Assembly: GCA_001873215.1 (NCBI GenBank)
Contig: MNYS01000006.1
Span: forward strand, 56,839-120,838
DNA: 64,000 nt
From: Candidatus Levybacteria bacterium CG2_30_37_29
GTDB lineage: Bacteria > Patescibacteriota > Microgenomatia > Levybacterales > GWA1-39-11
Reading direction: 5' to 3'
A program made the position numbers and the translations under genes. This document shows, piece by piece, positions 28,562 to 37,532 of this stretch (within the stretch, counting starts at the first letter, position 1; every line of letters begins with the position of its first letter). The notes below the pieces were generated by a model. It did not search any database. It was not told the DNA's origin and saw only the letters and a list, made by a program, of their open reading frames with translations.

Positions 28562-29041
28562 TTATTTCGTGCGGGGGTGGAGCATTCTTTCGGCCATTCT
28601 TTCTGTGTTTGGGGCTTTTAGAATAGGTGCGTTAGCTTGATAGGCTGTTATATTCTCCCAAATTCTAGGTTGTGACCCCGGAGAAAACGTTGCAATAACA
28701 GGCGCATTGTAATCTTTCCAATGGGGGAAAACTATATTTCCTCCATTTTCAAGAATAGCTTTTGCAGCCTCAACTTGCCTTTTCCATACATTAGATTCTT
28801 CGGCATATTTACAAAGTAAAGGTTCATTTGCTTGGCGGAATCCATCAGTCACAAGAAGAACCGGAATGGCAAGCGGGTTTCTATCGTTAAGAAGATTGAG
28901 TCCTTTGTTTGCAAGTTTTTGACGGCTCAATTTTGCATTTGACGGGTCTTCTATCAGCTCACCCAAAAGAACCCGTACATCTTTTAAAATCTTTCTTGAA
29001 CTTTCAATTTCACTTGTTTGAAGACTTTCTTTTTGACTCAT
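28562..29041 (-). CDS. hypothetical protein
   Basis: 159-aa ORF. Confidence 0.45.
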   Translation of the reverse strand: MSQKESLQTSEIESSRKILKDVRVLLGELIEDPSNAKLSRQKLANKGLNLLNDRNPLAIPVLLVTDGFRQANEPLLCKYAEESNVWKRQVEAAKAILENGGNIVFPHWKDYNAPVIATFSPGSQPRIWENITAYQANAPILKAPNTERMAERMLHPRTK

Positions 29042-29127
29042 AAAGCTTTTGCATTTTAGTGTTTGATAATTCTTTTGTCAAGAAAGAGTTCTCCTTGCAA
29101 TTTAATATGATTTTTTATATGATAATT

Positions 29128-29182
29128 TATACCTGTAACTCTTGGCTTGCCCAAGCTCAGCCAGAGACTCTAGGTATATTTG
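29128..29182. repeat. 55-bp palindromic MITE-like element, copy A
   Basis: TATACCTGTAACTCTTGGCTTGCCCAAGCTCAGCCAGAGACTCTAGGTATATTTG. 54/55 identical to 33203-33257. Terminal inverted repeats ATACCTG/CAGGTAT plus internal CTTGG..CCAAG. Confidence 0.8.
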
Positions 29183-29204
29183 CTTCAGAGGAAGCAGCGC
29201 AAAT

Positions 29205-29786
29205 ATGGAACAAACATTTGTAATGATAAAGCCGGACGGAGTCAGGAGGGGACTGACAGGAGAAGTTATTCATAGGTTTGAAAGGTCAGGCTTAAAGCTT
29301 GTTGGAATAAAAATGCTTGAGCCTTCTGTTGAGCATCTTCATGAACATTACAAAACAACAGAAGAAGAAACAATTTTGCGTCTTGGCGGAAAAACACTTG
29401 CGACGTATGAAAAATACGGACGCGATGCAAAAAAAGATTTTGGGACAAATGATCCAAAAGATTTGGGAAAACTGGTTGTAGAATGGCTTATAAAATATAT
29501 GAAGTCCGGGCCTGTTGTGGCTATGGTTTGGGAAGGAAGGCACGCAGTCGATAATGTTATCTCTTTGGTTGGTCCGACAATGCCGGTTGCGGCCTCCGGA
29601 GGAACTATTAGAGGTGATTTCTCAACCGATTCTGCGGCTTACGCAAATATAGAAAGACGTGGAGTTTTGAATATTGTTCACGCTTCAGGAAGTATCGAAG
29701 AGGCAAAATTTGAAGTTGCACTTTGGTTTGAACCTTCAGACCTTCATTCCTATAAGCGCGTTGAGGAATATTTAACTCAGGAATAA
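29205..29786 (+). CDS. ndk: nucleoside diphosphate kinase (with ~40-aa internal insertion)
   Basis: FVMIKPDGVRRGL, GPVVAMVWEG, NIVHASGS. Start taken at ATG 29205 (RBS GAGGAAG upstream) rather than the track start 29142, which lies inside the repeat. Confidence 0.8.
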   Translation: MEQTFVMIKPDGVRRGLTGEVIHRFERSGLKLVGIKMLEPSVEHLHEHYKTTEEETILRLGGKTLATYEKYGRDAKKDFGTNDPKDLGKLVVEWLIKYMKSGPVVAMVWEGRHAVDNVISLVGPTMPVAASGGTIRGDFSTDSAAYANIERRGVLNIVHASGSIEEAKFEVALWFEPSDLHSYKRVEEYLTQE

Positions 29787-29847
29787 CGCGCTTTTGTTCA
29801 TTTCGTTTTTCAATAAAAGCGTTGAAGAATATCTTACAGAGTAATCT

Positions 29848-29912
29848 TCAAATTTCTAATTTTAAATTTACAATTTTCAATCAATTTTTAATTTTTCAAT
29901 TATTATTAATGC
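29848..29912. repeat. AT-rich AATTTTCAATT-type repeat cluster (intergenic, inverted orientation)
   Basis: aatttctaattttaaatttacaattttcaatcaatttttaatttttcaatt. Confidence 0.55.
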
Positions 29913-29974
29913 CTAAATTTTCTCTTGGAGGAAAAAAGCAGAGGTTAAATATCTTGTTTTAATATAAAATATTT

Positions 29975-30820
29975 CTAACTCTCTTCAGCAGTTTTTTTCA
30001 AAGGCAATATCATAGGAGGCTTTTCAAGCAGGCTCTTTGATATTGCGAGTTGGTATTCCGTAAGATTGTCATACGCAAGTGTCCGTTCATTTCTATATCC
30101 TGATGTTGTTGCTTCAATTGTTGCCTGAGTATTTGCTTCAATGGCATCGAATTCTTGTTCTATCGCCAAGCGTTGCTGTTGTGTCATAAATCGAAGAATA
30201 AGACGGAAATCGCCCCGGCATGCGTATTCCATCATAATTCCGAATTGTTGTCTTCTGATATGACTGTCTTCGGTTTCCGGATTAAGCCAGTGCGGCATAG
30301 GGTAAAGCCCGTCTGATATTAGTATTCCGTCTGCCATCAGCCTGCTTGTTCTTCCGTTTCCGTCGGAAAATGGATGGATATCGATAAGATCAACCATCAT
30401 TTCGGCAGCATGCTCAATGACTTTATAAGTAAGTTCCGGGTCTTCCGGTTTAAATTTCATATAGCTTTCATATTGTTTTGCAAGTCTTTGCATTCTTGCG
30501 TCTATTGTGTCCGGTTCTGCGAATGGTTTGCATTCCCAATTACCTCCTCCGACGATTTTTTTACGGGAATATGAATATTTTCCTTTATACCGGCTTTCGA
30601 TTTTGGGGTTATTGTTGGTTATCATTGCTTGAAACAATTTTATTGTTCCTTCACCGAAAGGAGCGTCTTTGTCGATCAAATCCTGCAAGTGTCCGTACGT
30701 ATCTACCAGATCCCAAGCCTGCCTTTTTTCTACGGTTACCTCACCGTCGGCATTAAGTTTTTTTGCAAATTCGGCTAGTTCATCAGGCGTTGGTTCCATC
30801 GGGTTTATCTTTTTCTCCAT
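29975..30820 (-). CDS. Fic/Doc-family protein (putative AMPylating toxin)
   Basis: Fic motif HPFSDGNGRTSRL. Confidence 0.8.
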   Translation of the reverse strand: MEKKINPMEPTPDELAEFAKKLNADGEVTVEKRQAWDLVDTYGHLQDLIDKDAPFGEGTIKLFQAMITNNNPKIESRYKGKYSYSRKKIVGGGNWECKPFAEPDTIDARMQRLAKQYESYMKFKPEDPELTYKVIEHAAEMMVDLIDIHPFSDGNGRTSRLMADGILISDGLYPMPHWLNPETEDSHIRRQQFGIMMEYACRGDFRLILRFMTQQQRLAIEQEFDAIEANTQATIEATTSGYRNERTLAYDNLTEYQLAISKSLLEKPPMILPLKKTAEES

Positions 30821-30989
30821 CTGGCGGAGTTGTCTGTGGATTTTTCAATTTCAAATCTTTCCTGACTTGCTCAAGGGGAATATCAATGCCTTCAATAAAT
30901 AAGCTGTCTACTATTCCGGTTGCTTCGGCTTCATCCTGTATTACTTTCTTTATGTCAGAAATGCTTTGGGGTTCTTCATGTTCAGCCAT
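30783..30989 (-). CDS. putative Fic antitoxin (VbhA/FicA-like) with S-x-x-x-E-G inhibitory motif
   Basis: 68-aa acidic ORF overlapping the Fic start by 38 nt. Contains SLFIEG matching the (S/T)xxxE(G/N) inhibition motif. Confidence 0.5.
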   Translation of the reverse strand: MAEHEEPQSISDIKKVIQDEAEATGIVDSLFIEGIDIPLEQVRKDLKLKNPQTTPPDGEKDKPDGTNA

Positions 30990-31018
30990 AAAACAATTAT
31001 ATCAGATAGTTAATATTT

Positions 31019-31654
31019 TTAGATGTTTGCAAGGCTAATTGATTGTTTTATAGTGAAATTATTAACTCTTGTGCGAACGAGACTTTTTAAATATCCGCCT
31101 GTGCTTAAACTCTTCCCTATGTCGCGGGCAAGAGACCTGATATAAACTCCCGGACCGGTTGTGACATTAAGTTTGATTACCGGATACTTATATAATAGAA
31201 GCCTAATTTCTTTTATTTCGACTTCACGGACTTTAAGTTCTACCGTTTTTCCTTTTCTTGCGTATTTATAAGCCTCTTTTCCGGCAATTTTTATTGAGCT
31301 GTAGAGTGGAGGGGTTTGCTTAATTTTTCCCACGAACTGTTTGAGTGTCTGTTCGATTTCTTCCAATGTTGGTTTAATCTTTGTATTTACTTCGATTTTT
31401 TCTCCTTCTTCGTCATCGGTTGTTGAGTCAAACCCGAGTTTTATTTCTGCAACATATTCCTTTTCCCCTTTCACAAACTCGTTTAACCGCTTTGTATTTT
31501 CCCGCCCTACTGCAATAACAAGAACTCCCGATGCCAAAGGGTCTAGTGTTCCGCCATGTCCGACACGTTTAACCCCTGTTTTTTTGCGAACTAAATCCAC
31601 CACATCATGGCTTGTCATGCCGAGAGGTTTATTTACTGCGAAAATTCCATCCAT
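31019..31654 (-). CDS. truB: tRNA pseudouridine(55) synthase TruB
   Basis: GHGGTLDPLASGVLVIAVG catalytic-Asp motif. Start taken at MDGIF (31654) because the longer ORF to 31708 runs through a TATAAT-like promoter. Confidence 0.8.
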   Translation of the reverse strand: MDGIFAVNKPLGMTSHDVVDLVRKKTGVKRVGHGGTLDPLASGVLVIAVGRENTKRLNEFVKGEKEYVAEIKLGFDSTTDDEEGEKIEVNTKIKPTLEEIEQTLKQFVGKIKQTPPLYSSIKIAGKEAYKYARKGKTVELKVREVEIKEIRLLLYKYPVIKLNVTTGPGVYIRSLARDIGKSLSTGGYLKSLVRTRVNNFTIKQSISLANI

Positions 31655-31679
31655 AGCGTTTGTATTATATAATACAACA

Positions 31680-32435
31680 ATGAAAATAAAGTTTTTGACA
31701 ATTAACATTTTGCACGGGGGAACTTTTTGGGATAATTTGGTTTCTTTCGTGCACCAGCAAAAACCGGATATAGTTTTTTTACAGGAAGTTTACAACGGCC
31801 ATGATCAAAGTTTGGAAAAGCGTTTCAGAACAGTTGATGAATTCAAAAAAGAATTTACTTTTTTGTCCCATGCTAAATTTGAACCGTCGTTGTTTGACAC
31901 AAATATGGGAAATATAGAATGGGGGAATGCGGTATTCTCAAAGTTTCCGATAAGCTCCTCAAAAGCCCTGTTTTTTGATATACCGCTAAAACCTTCACCG
32001 TTGGTAGAAAATGAAGATCCGCGTCAAACGCCCGAGAGCATGACATGTGTTGAAATTGATATTTTGGGTAAGATTTTATATGGGTTTAATATCCATGGAA
32101 TTTGGGATACGCACGGAAATGATACTGTAAGGCGTTTTGAAATGCTTACGGTCGTAAAAGGCGCAATTCATGGAAAATCTCCGGCAATTCTCGCTGGAGA
32201 TTTCAATCTTTCTCCAATTACAAAATTTGTCGATGAGATTGAAAAAGAGTTAACCAGCGTTTTTGGTAATAGTTTGTCTTCCACCTTTAATATGATGCAT
32301 AAAACCAAACCCGGTTATGCAACAGCTGTTGTTGATATGGTTTTTGTAAGCTATGATATAAAAGTTTTGTCAAAAGAAATGCCGAATGTTGATGTGTCTG
32401 ACCACATGCCGCTTGTTGCAATCTTAGAAATTTAA
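31680..32435 (+). CDS. endonuclease/exonuclease/phosphatase (EEP) family protein
   Basis: MKIKFLTINILHGG...FLQEV...GDFN...DH pattern. The first ~113 codons of track ORF 31341-32435 are antisense to truB and rejected. Confidence 0.65.
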   Translation: MKIKFLTINILHGGTFWDNLVSFVHQQKPDIVFLQEVYNGHDQSLEKRFRTVDEFKKEFTFLSHAKFEPSLFDTNMGNIEWGNAVFSKFPISSSKALFFDIPLKPSPLVENEDPRQTPESMTCVEIDILGKILYGFNIHGIWDTHGNDTVRRFEMLTVVKGAIHGKSPAILAGDFNLSPITKFVDEIEKELTSVFGNSLSSTFNMMHKTKPGYATAVVDMVFVSYDIKVLSKEMPNVDVSDHMPLVAILEI

Positions 32436-32443
32436 AGCTCCCC

Positions 32444-33202
32444 TTGCAAGTCCCTTTCAATGTATCTATTCTAATACTGATGGCAAAAAAATCGCACAGA
32501 CAAAAAACAAATAAATCAAGAAAAAAAACAATCGGGTACCACCTTCGCGTTTATTTTCTTTCGATTTTTGCCGGTGTTGCCGTTTTTATAGCCGGAAATT
32601 ATTTTTTTAACTCCCAACCTATTTGCGCAAATTCAAAAACCTGCACGACGGACCTATCGTTTAGTATAGATAACGATGCCACCGGTATTTTTCAGGGACG
32701 CACAATTATTCCTCCAAAAATAAACCTGGCTCTTGATAATTCCAACCTCTCAATTCTCGGAGCTGATACCCCAAGCGGTGAAAAACACATTTATGTTGAC
32801 CTTTCAAATCAGACGATTTATGCGTTTCAGGGGAAAACACAAATCATGAAAACACTTATTTCATCAGGAAAATGGGGGAAGACTCCCGTTGGAAATTTCA
32901 ATATTTGGACAAAGTTACGTTCTACGCGTATGGCAGGAGGAGTAGGGGCGGATGCTTATAGCTTGCCAAACGTTCCGTATGTTATGTATTTTTTCCACGA
33001 TTTCGGTTTTCATGGAGCATACTGGCATAATAATTTTGGCCATCCTATGAGTCATGGGTGCGTAAATATGAGGATTGTAGATGCGCGAGATTTATTCAAT
33101 TGGGCGGACGGACCAAGCGGAAGTCAGAAGGGTACGCCTGTTTCAGTATGTAATAGTCTTACGGAAGACGGTAATTGCGTACAGAAGAATCCGGTAAATT
33201 AA
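32444..33202 (+). CDS. L,D-transpeptidase (YkuD family), paralog 2
   Basis: HGAYWHNNFGHPMSHGCVNMRIVDARDLFNWA. Catalytic block nearly identical to 7135-7899. Confidence 0.8.
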   Translation: MQVPFNVSILILMAKKSHRQKTNKSRKKTIGYHLRVYFLSIFAGVAVFIAGNYFFNSQPICANSKTCTTDLSFSIDNDATGIFQGRTIIPPKINLALDNSNLSILGADTPSGEKHIYVDLSNQTIYAFQGKTQIMKTLISSGKWGKTPVGNFNIWTKLRSTRMAGGVGADAYSLPNVPYVMYFFHDFGFHGAYWHNNFGHPMSHGCVNMRIVDARDLFNWADGPSGSQKGTPVSVCNSLTEDGNCVQKNPVN

Positions 33203-33257
33203 TATACCTGTAACTCTTGGCTTGCCCAAGCTCAGCCAGAGACTCCAGGTATATTTG
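33203..33257. repeat. 55-bp palindromic MITE-like element, copy B
   Basis: TATACCTGTAACTCTTGGCTTGCCCAAGCTCAGCCAGAGACTCCAGGTATATTTG. Confidence 0.8.
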
Positions 33258-33302
33258 AAAGTTTAGTTTATTTATAATTTAAAGAAAGGTAACTTTACAA
33301 AT

Positions 33303-33938
33303 ATGACTATAACAAGAACACAATTTGAGATAGAGACAGTTTCATTTATTGCATTTGCTGTTGCCGTAAGCATGTTTTTTCTTTGGCAAAACAACCAGAA
33401 GTATCGGCAATTCCCCATTGTTACTCCGGTGGTAAATATGACTGAGACTGCTCCTGCGCAAGCGATGGTTAAAAAAGTAGACATTGCGTCTCAAATTTCC
33501 TCCGATGGAGAAAAAAAAGTAATTATGAAAACTACAAATAATAATACAGGGACACTTACTTACGTTTTTTCAACAGCCGACGGCTCAGGGGATAACGAAA
33601 AAGAGATTTATACAACGACTCTTAGCGCAGAAGAAACAATGAGTATACCTTTTAATACCTGGTCACCGGACAATAAATATTTGTTTATTCAAAAGGGAGA
33701 TAGAGGTTTTATGGTTTTTAAAGATTCGGGAGAGGCATTTTCCGATGGGCAGTTATTTCTTGATCTGACAGATTTATTTGCCCAGCGCAAAACAGGACAT
33801 AATCTTTCCGAAGCAACAGGGTGGGGATCAGAAACTCTTATTATTATAAATACAGCCGGAGAGGGAGAAGCAAAAGGACCTTCTTATTGGTTTGAAGTTC
33901 CCAGCAAGGCAATTATTCAACTTTCAACAGAATTCTAA
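33303..33938 (+). CDS. hypothetical secreted/membrane-anchored protein
   Basis: N-terminal TM helix, then a 180-aa Thr/Ser-rich domain. Confidence 0.5.
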   Translation: MTITRTQFEIETVSFIAFAVAVSMFFLWQNNQKYRQFPIVTPVVNMTETAPAQAMVKKVDIASQISSDGEKKVIMKTTNNNTGTLTYVFSTADGSGDNEKEIYTTTLSAEETMSIPFNTWSPDNKYLFIQKGDRGFMVFKDSGEAFSDGQLFLDLTDLFAQRKTGHNLSEATGWGSETLIIINTAGEGEAKGPSYWFEVPSKAIIQLSTEF

Positions 33939-34047
33939 ATTCAGTCGGGGTGGTTGGATAAGACGAAGAACTCACCTCTTGATAATATTAATATACAATC
34001 TATAATTCCATTATGAATCTAACAACCTACCAACAGACTAGCTGTGA

Positions 34048-34530
34048 GAGCTGTTTACCCGTTTTTTATTAAGCTTAGGTGGAATAGAAATTACCAGAGA
34101 AAAAGAGCTAAAACTGCTTTTCGATGGTTTAGCAGGTTTAAAAGATAGCTATGCCTTTGGTGTACTGGAAGCATTTGTTAAAACTTACAATAAAAAAGTA
34201 GACTTGTTTGTTGATAATAAATTCTTTACTAATCTTCTGATTGAGAAATGTAATTCACCCAAGATTACTATAATTCACAAACCAGTTAATTTAGAGTTTG
34301 AAGCTCCTTTCGTCCTTTATTTAGATTCTCAAGTTTTAGGTGGTTATAGCCATGCGCCACATTTTGTCATCGTGGGAAAAATAGTAGGTGATATTTGTAC
34401 AATAATAGACCCTTGGGAAGGGAAGAGAAAAAGGTTGTCAAAAGAAAAACTAACTGAAGCAATTAGTTCACTTAAATATTATTTAAAGTATTGTCCTATA
34501 TTGATAAAGCTCAATTCTTCTGAAGTTTAA
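34048..34530 (+). pseudogene. possible truncated C39-like peptidase fragment (open frame without an ATG upstream of a TTG-start ORF)
   Basis: Frame is open from 34048 with no canonical start. C-terminal part GGYSHAPHFVIVGKIVGDICTIIDPWEG resembles the His block of papain-like C39 peptidases. The Cys-containing N-terminal portion is absent. Confidence 0.3.
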
Positions 34531-34579
34531 GATAGGTTCCAAACCAAATTTCTCAGTCGGGGTGAGAGGAATGGTTTAA

Positions 34580-34840
34580 CTATTGTTTAATGATCGGTTG
34601 ACCGAATTTGATTAAATTCTCCTTTTTTGCTCGTCGCCAACCCTTGATTTGTTTTTCTCTTCGTCTTGCCTCAGGTAAAGTTTCAAATTGTTCAGAATAA
34701 ACTAGGTCGTATACTTTATTTCTTTTAGTAAATTCAGCTCCATCTCCCAGCATATGACGCTTGATTCTTTTCTCAATATTTTCAGTAACTCCCACATACA
34801 AATGATTTTTCGGACCACGAAGAATATAAAGAAAAGACAT
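34580..34840 (-). CDS. GIY-YIG domain nuclease (small, UPF0213-like)
   Basis: FLYILRGPKNHLYVGVTENIEKRIKRH..G is a GIY-YIG core. Confidence 0.7.
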   Translation of the reverse strand: MSFLYILRGPKNHLYVGVTENIEKRIKRHMLGDGAEFTKRNKVYDLVYSEQFETLPEARRREKQIKGWRRAKKENLIKFGQPIIKQ

Positions 34841-34913
34841 AGGTATGATGTCCTTCGATAAACTCAGGGCTTTTCTTCATCTCCAAGTCGGAGACTTTGA
34901 GCTTGTCGAAAAG

Positions 34914-34985
34914 TCGGGGTGAGAGGAATTGAACCTCCTGCTTCGCGAACCCGAATCGCGCGTTCTACCGATGAACTACACCCCG
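34914..34985 (-). tRNA. tRNA-Pro (anticodon CGG)
   Basis: C1:G72 acceptor pair typical of bacterial tRNA-Pro. D-arm GTTC-ATCGGTA-GAAC, anticodon stem CGCGA/TCGCG, loop TTCGGGT, T-loop TTCAATT. Confidence 0.75.
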
Positions 34986-35005
34986 CAAATAAAGTTTAAA
35001 TTGTG

Positions 35006-35077
35006 CGCCCCCGATAGGAATCGAACCTACATTGGGCCCTTAGGACGGGTCTGTTCTATCCGTTGAACTACGGGAGC
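35006..35077 (-). tRNA. tRNA-Arg (anticodon CCT)
   Basis: Acceptor GCTCCCG/CGGGGGC, D-arm GTTC-AACGGATA-GAAC, anticodon loop GTCCTAA, T-arm GTAGG-TTCGATT-CCTAT. Confidence 0.65.
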
Positions 35078-35445
35078 GTAGTTTATATTTTATCACACAG
35101 TTAACTAATTCCTCCTGCGCCAAAATATCGAGCAGAGCATAAATCTATTCAGACCTCTTATGTCAGTGTGTTAATATTAGAATATGAGCATAGAAGCAGA
35201 TGCTGTTACACAACCAGAGCCAAATGAATCAGCTCCTAAACCCGAGATTAACAGGCGAGAAAAAAATCAAAAGAGCTCTTAGAAGAAGCAAAAAGAAAAG
35301 TAGAAGAAATGATAGAAAAAGGTAGTGAAAATTAAATGGCAATAGATTTCTTAAAAATAGGTTAGCCAGTTAAAGTTTATTTGTAGTTTGTAGTATGAAT
35401 AATTTGTCCTTGACGAATTCTTTCGTTTGACTTATCATAAGTTTC

Positions 35446-36171
35446 ATGGATGAAAAGCGGCCAACAAAAAAAGAGCTGAAGGCGATGCGGAAATTGGCGC
35501 AATTGGAGGGTAAGACTCTTGAGCAAAAACAAAACATGGTGAAATGGATTGTGATTGGGATATCATCCGTTCTTTTTCTTGCATTTTTCACTGTCATTAT
35601 TATCGTTTCCAAACAAAAAGCTTCAGAGATAAAAATATCAACTTCGGGATGGGTACGAGGCGACCAAAACGCAAAAGTGACTCTTGTTGAGTTTTCAGAT
35701 TTGCAGTGTCCGGCTTGCAAAGCGTACCAGCCGGTTATTGAGCAGACTCTTAAAGATTTCAAAGGACGAGTGAAACTTCTTTACAAGCATTTCCCTCTAA
35801 GTCTTCACAAAAATTCTACAATTGCGGCAAAATCAGCAGAAGCTGCCGGCGCTCAGGGTAAATTTTTTGAAATGCACGATAAGCTTTTTGAAAAACAAGT
35901 AGATTGGTCTGGAATGGATGCATCAACAGTTGAAGCAACTTTTATTTCATACGCAAAAGAGTTAAATCTTGATATTGATAAATTCAAAAAAGATTTAAAT
36001 GACAAAACGTTTGAAGAAAAAATCAGATCCCAGGAAAATGAAGGGGCAGCGGTTGGGGTTAATTCTACGCCGACTTTTTACATCGGACGTGGAGAATCAT
36101 ACAAAAAAATAGAGGGCGCTTCACAGGTGTATTCCGAATTTAAAAAAGAAATTGAAAACGCTTTAAGGTAA
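35446..36171 (+). CDS. DsbA/BdbD-like thiol-disulfide oxidoreductase (thioredoxin fold)
   Basis: N-terminal TM anchor and CPAC active-site motif in the context VEFSDLQCPACKAY. Confidence 0.7.
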   Translation: MDEKRPTKKELKAMRKLAQLEGKTLEQKQNMVKWIVIGISSVLFLAFFTVIIIVSKQKASEIKISTSGWVRGDQNAKVTLVEFSDLQCPACKAYQPVIEQTLKDFKGRVKLLYKHFPLSLHKNSTIAAKSAEAAGAQGKFFEMHDKLFEKQVDWSGMDASTVEATFISYAKELNLDIDKFKKDLNDKTFEEKIRSQENEGAAVGVNSTPTFYIGRGESYKKIEGASQVYSEFKKEIENALR

Positions 36172-36177
36172 GAAGTA

Positions 36178-36705
36178 ATGAACTATCTAATTCAGCCTTT
36201 TGCAGGAATTATTGTTATAGTCGATATTTTAATCCTCGTATATCTTTTTTTATTTGTTTTATCTCTCAAAACAAAAAATGAAGCTCTGAAGAGCTTCTTT
36301 AATTTCATTTCCGGCAATTTTCTTTCTTTTGGTTTTTTAGTTTCGCTTTCTGCGACTCTTGGAAGTATATTTCTTTCCGAAGTTGCAAAATATCCCCCGT
36401 GTGAACTTTGCTGGATTCAGAGGGTTTTTATGTTCCCCCAAGCGGTTATTTTAGGAATCGGAATGGTAAAAAATGACATTTCAGCAAGACTTTATTCTGT
36501 GGTTTTGTCAACAATTGGTCTTTTGATTGCGGCTTATCACATTCTTGTACAGAACGGTCAGCTTCTTTCTCCGTGCTCAAATCAGTCAGTAAATTGTTCC
36601 GTAAAACAGTTTGTTTACTTTGGATATGTAACAATTCCTGTCATGTCAGCAACCGCTTTTGCCGTCCTTATTCTTCTGGCGCTTCCCGCGTTTAAACGGA
36701 AATAA
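36178..36705 (+). CDS. DsbB/BdbC-like disulfide bond formation membrane protein
   Basis: Four TM segments with Cys pairs CELC and C..NC in the loops. Located immediately downstream of the DsbA-like gene. Confidence 0.6.
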   Translation: MNYLIQPFAGIIVIVDILILVYLFLFVLSLKTKNEALKSFFNFISGNFLSFGFLVSLSATLGSIFLSEVAKYPPCELCWIQRVFMFPQAVILGIGMVKNDISARLYSVVLSTIGLLIAAYHILVQNGQLLSPCSNQSVNCSVKQFVYFGYVTIPVMSATAFAVLILLALPAFKRK

Positions 36706-36754
36706 TCATATAATTGTGTTTGACTAAGGAATTTATTCCTGTGATAATTTAACT

Positions 36755-37480
36755 ATGAAACGAAAGGACTATGTTCGATTGCTAATTCTTAGAACGGTTG
36801 GAAACTTTTTAATTTTGTTTATGCTTTTTGGCGTAGTTGCGACATTTGGTCCGGCGCTTTATTATGAAGCCGCATTCAGGATAGAAAAATTACAGGGTAT
36901 ACGCTATAAAGTAGCACAAGTGGAGACGGTTTCTGAATTCGGAAAGCTTTTGGAAAAATACAAAGGGACCAATTCTGTTAATTCGCCAAGCTATTTTGGA
37001 GAGATATTAAAAGGCCCGCATGAAAAAATACTTGTTCCGCCAAATGTAGATTTTTCAATTGTTGTGCCGAAAATAGGCGCAAGCGAGGGTGTTACAGCAA
37101 ATGTTGATCCTTCAAACAAAGACGAGTATTTACAGGTTTTGATGCGTTCAATAGCGCACGCTAAGGGAACTTCCTTTCCGGGACTCGGCGGCACAACTTA
37201 TCTTTTTGCGCATTCGGCTGACAATTTCTGGGACGTTGGCAGGTACAACGCCGTTTTTTACCTTCTAAAAGAACTTGAGTCAGGAGATGATGTTTATTTA
37301 TTTTTTCAAGGAAAAAGATTTAATTATACCGTCTATGACAAAAAAATAATCGATGCAGAAGATACTACACTAATTGATTCAAAAAGCGATATGGGGGAGA
37401 GGGTTATTTTGCAAACTTGCTGGCCTCCGGGAACAGCGTGGAAAAGAATGATCATCTTCGCAAAGCCGAAAAATCAATGA
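36755..37480 (+). CDS. sortase-family transpeptidase
   Basis: N-terminal TM. Blocks YLFAHS (His), DDVYLFFQGKRFNYTV, VILQTCWP (TLxTC-like Cys), WKRMII (Arg). Confidence 0.55.
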   Translation: MKRKDYVRLLILRTVGNFLILFMLFGVVATFGPALYYEAAFRIEKLQGIRYKVAQVETVSEFGKLLEKYKGTNSVNSPSYFGEILKGPHEKILVPPNVDFSIVVPKIGASEGVTANVDPSNKDEYLQVLMRSIAHAKGTSFPGLGGTTYLFAHSADNFWDVGRYNAVFYLLKELESGDDVYLFFQGKRFNYTVYDKKIIDAEDTTLIDSKSDMGERVILQTCWPPGTAWKRMIIFAKPKNQ

Positions 37481-37532
37481 TGCCCTTTTAAAAGTTTGTA
37501 ATTTTTCCGCGTCCCGAGTACAATAACATGAA

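Noticed and set aside
21781-29912. AT-rich short repeats considered as a CRISPR array
   Set aside because: Units are irregular in length and spacing and have no unique spacers. Several lie inside coding sequences, and no cas genes are present.
31341-31679. N-terminal 113 codons of track ORF 31341-32435
   Set aside because: Antisense to the truB coding region with a Ser/Pro-rich nonsense-like translation. The EEP-family homology begins at Met 31680.
35370-35762. 130-aa minus-strand ORF overlapping the DsbA-like gene start
   Set aside because: Overlaps a gene with a clear CPAC thioredoxin motif. Judged spurious.
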